Source of the DNA: Planctomycetota bacterium
Lineage (GTDB): Bacteria; Planctomycetota; Planctomycetia; Pirellulales; Pirellulaceae
Assembly (NCBI GenBank): GCA_039200505.1
Contig: JBCCSJ010000002.1
Coordinates: 2,462 to 66,461, forward strand
Reading direction: 5' to 3'
Length of the DNA stretch: 64,000 nucleotides
The position numbers and the translations under genes are program-made. The notes under the pieces are model-generated. The model saw only the letters and a list, made by a program, of their open reading frames with translations. It did no database searches and was not told the DNA's origin. How positions within the stretch are numbered: the first letter of the stretch is position 1; every line of letters starts with the position of its first letter. Below are positions 62,984 through 64,000 of this stretch, one piece after another.

Positions 62984-64000
62984 CTTCCTCGAGAGCTTGG
63001 ACGACCAAATCTATGGTAGTTACGTCTAGATAAGGATGGAACGGAAGTGCCAAAATTCGACGCGAAACTTTTTCCGAATGTGGCATGGGCGGGCCATCCA
63101 GGTTCGCACAGGCCTGTAAAAGATTGGCAGGCGTTCGATAGTAAACGACCGAAGGAATCCCTCTGGATTTTAAGTGATTTGCGATCTCATCTCTTTGTGG
63201 AGATTGAATGATGAACTGAGCCCACGCCGATCGGCCATTCTTGGGCGTCGCCTGAAATCGTATTTTCATATCAGGAGATTCGATCGTCTCGTTGACTTTC
63301 TGGATCCTTTCACGGTATTCCGTCGCAACCTGCTGGCGAGTTTCAAACTCTTCGGGATAAATTTTCAATTTCTCGATCAAGATGGCAGCCTGAATCGTAT
63401 CAAGCCTGGCGTTGAGCCCCAAACGAACGTTGTCGTATTTATCAGCCCCTTTTCCATGCACCCGGATTGAGCGAACCATTTTAGCCAACGAGTCATCGTT
63501 AGTAAAAACTGCGCCACCGTCTCCATAACAACCTAATGGTTTAGCCGGAAAAAAACTGGTGGTCCCAATTGTGGCGTGATTGGGGCATTTTCGAACTTCT
63601 AATTCGGGCCCGAATGTTTCGGCCCCAAATGCCTGGGCTCCGTCCTGAATGACGAAAAGGTTTTCGCGGTTGGCAATTTCATTGATTCGATCGTAATCTG
63701 CCGGAAGCCCAAAAAGATCGACGGCAATCACTCCGCGGGGGACCAACCCTTGTTGCCGACTGCGATGAATCGCATTTTGAATTTCTTGAGGTTCGATATT
63801 GCAAGTGTCAGGGTCGATATCTGCAAATATCGGCGTGGCGCCTCGAAGCATGATCGCTTCGACTGTTGCAAAAAACGTAAAAGGTGTCGTAATGACCGCG
63901 TCGCCTGGTCCCACTTCAAAAGCCATCAATGCCATCGACAGTGCGTCAGTTCCATTGGATACAACGACACAGTGCCTCGATCCCACGTACTCAGCTAAAT
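62952..64000 (-). CDS. DegT/DnrJ/EryC1/StrS-family PLP sugar aminotransferase (5' end cut by window edge)
   Basis: The frame stays open to nt 64000 (..[24 protein letters not shown] matches the family N-terminal motif). It also has [15 protein letters not shown], and SFFPAKPLG (PLP-Lys). Confidence 0.9.
   Translation of the reverse strand, partial: LAEYVGSRHCVVVSNGTDALSMALMAFEVGPGDAVITTPFTFFATVEAIMLRGATPIFADIDPDTCNIEPQEIQNAIHRSRQQGLVPRGVIAVDLFGLPADYDRINEIANRENLFVIQDGAQAFGAETFGPELEVRKCPNHATIGTTSFFPAKPLGCYGDGGAVFTNDDSLAKMVRSIRVHGKGADKYDNVRLGLNARLDTIQAAILIEKLKIYPEEFETRQQVATEYRERIQKVNETIESPDMKIRFQATPKNGRSAWAQFIIQSPQRDEIANHLKSRGIPSVVYYRTPANLLQACANLDGPPMPHSEKVSRRILALPFHPYLDVTTIDLVVQALEEVVSVSQVSKG

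Noticed and set aside
1-64000. Mobile elements, prophage, defence islands, tRNA/rRNA genes
   Set aside because: I recognised no transposase, integrase, recombinase, phage structural, restriction-modification, toxin-antitoxin or cas-like proteins among the ORFs. I saw no tRNA-like T-arm/acceptor signatures or rRNA segments. Absence is judged by eye only; tRNAscan-SE, Infernal or a defence-system finder would be the decisive check.

Overview
This 64-kb chromosomal window looks like a Planctomycetota genome (Pirellulales/Planctomycetales type). The pointers are a DUF1559/H-X9-DG prepilin-like protein, two ECF sigma factors, a membrane Ser/Thr kinase fused to an anti-sigma domain, an exosortase, and a dispersed family of intergenic palindromes. 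About 55 protein-coding genes are supported. I recognised no rRNA, tRNA, CRISPR array, transposase, integrase or phage genes. Layout: (1) 1-20.6 kb holds envelope and signalling genes: a LysM/YkuD L,D-transpeptidase, an OmpR-type two-component pair, a fasciclin protein, an ECF sigma overlapping a ZAS-domain Ser/Thr kinase, an S15 peptidase, an FAD oxidoreductase, a RegB/RegA-like redox two-component pair, a receiver-RsbW-type ATPase fusion, a DUF1559 protein, a second ECF sigma and a CE15-like esterase. (2) 20.8-28.8 kb is a tightly overlapping 10-gene Mrp-type cation/proton antiporter operon with three NuoL/M/N-like subunits. (3) 29-45.5 kb mixes unknown membrane proteins, an anchored EEP nuclease/phosphatase, a 244-aa CsrA fusion protein, a large NAD-glutamate dehydrogenase, a zinc-ribbon/vWA protein, cysD-cysNC and an alpha/beta hydrolase. 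(4) 45.8-64 kb is an all-minus-strand polysaccharide biosynthesis locus that ends in an exosortase-EpsI fusion; its first visible gene (DegT aminotransferase) is cut by the window edge. The most unusual observations are: the CsrA domain fused to a long C-terminal extension; an intergenic hairpin family with a conserved CGGCA loop and compensatory stem changes (one locus is a ~250-bp tandem composite repeat); a ~100-aa His-rich insertion in the MrpC/NuoK-like subunit; the anti-sigma(ZAS)-Ser/Thr-kinase fusion coupled to an ECF sigma; an SOS-box-like palindrome in the CsrA/GDH divergent promoter region; and an APS-kinase domain in CysNC that appears to lack several invariant motifs. All domain calls come from reading motifs by eye. 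No database search or numerical computation was run.
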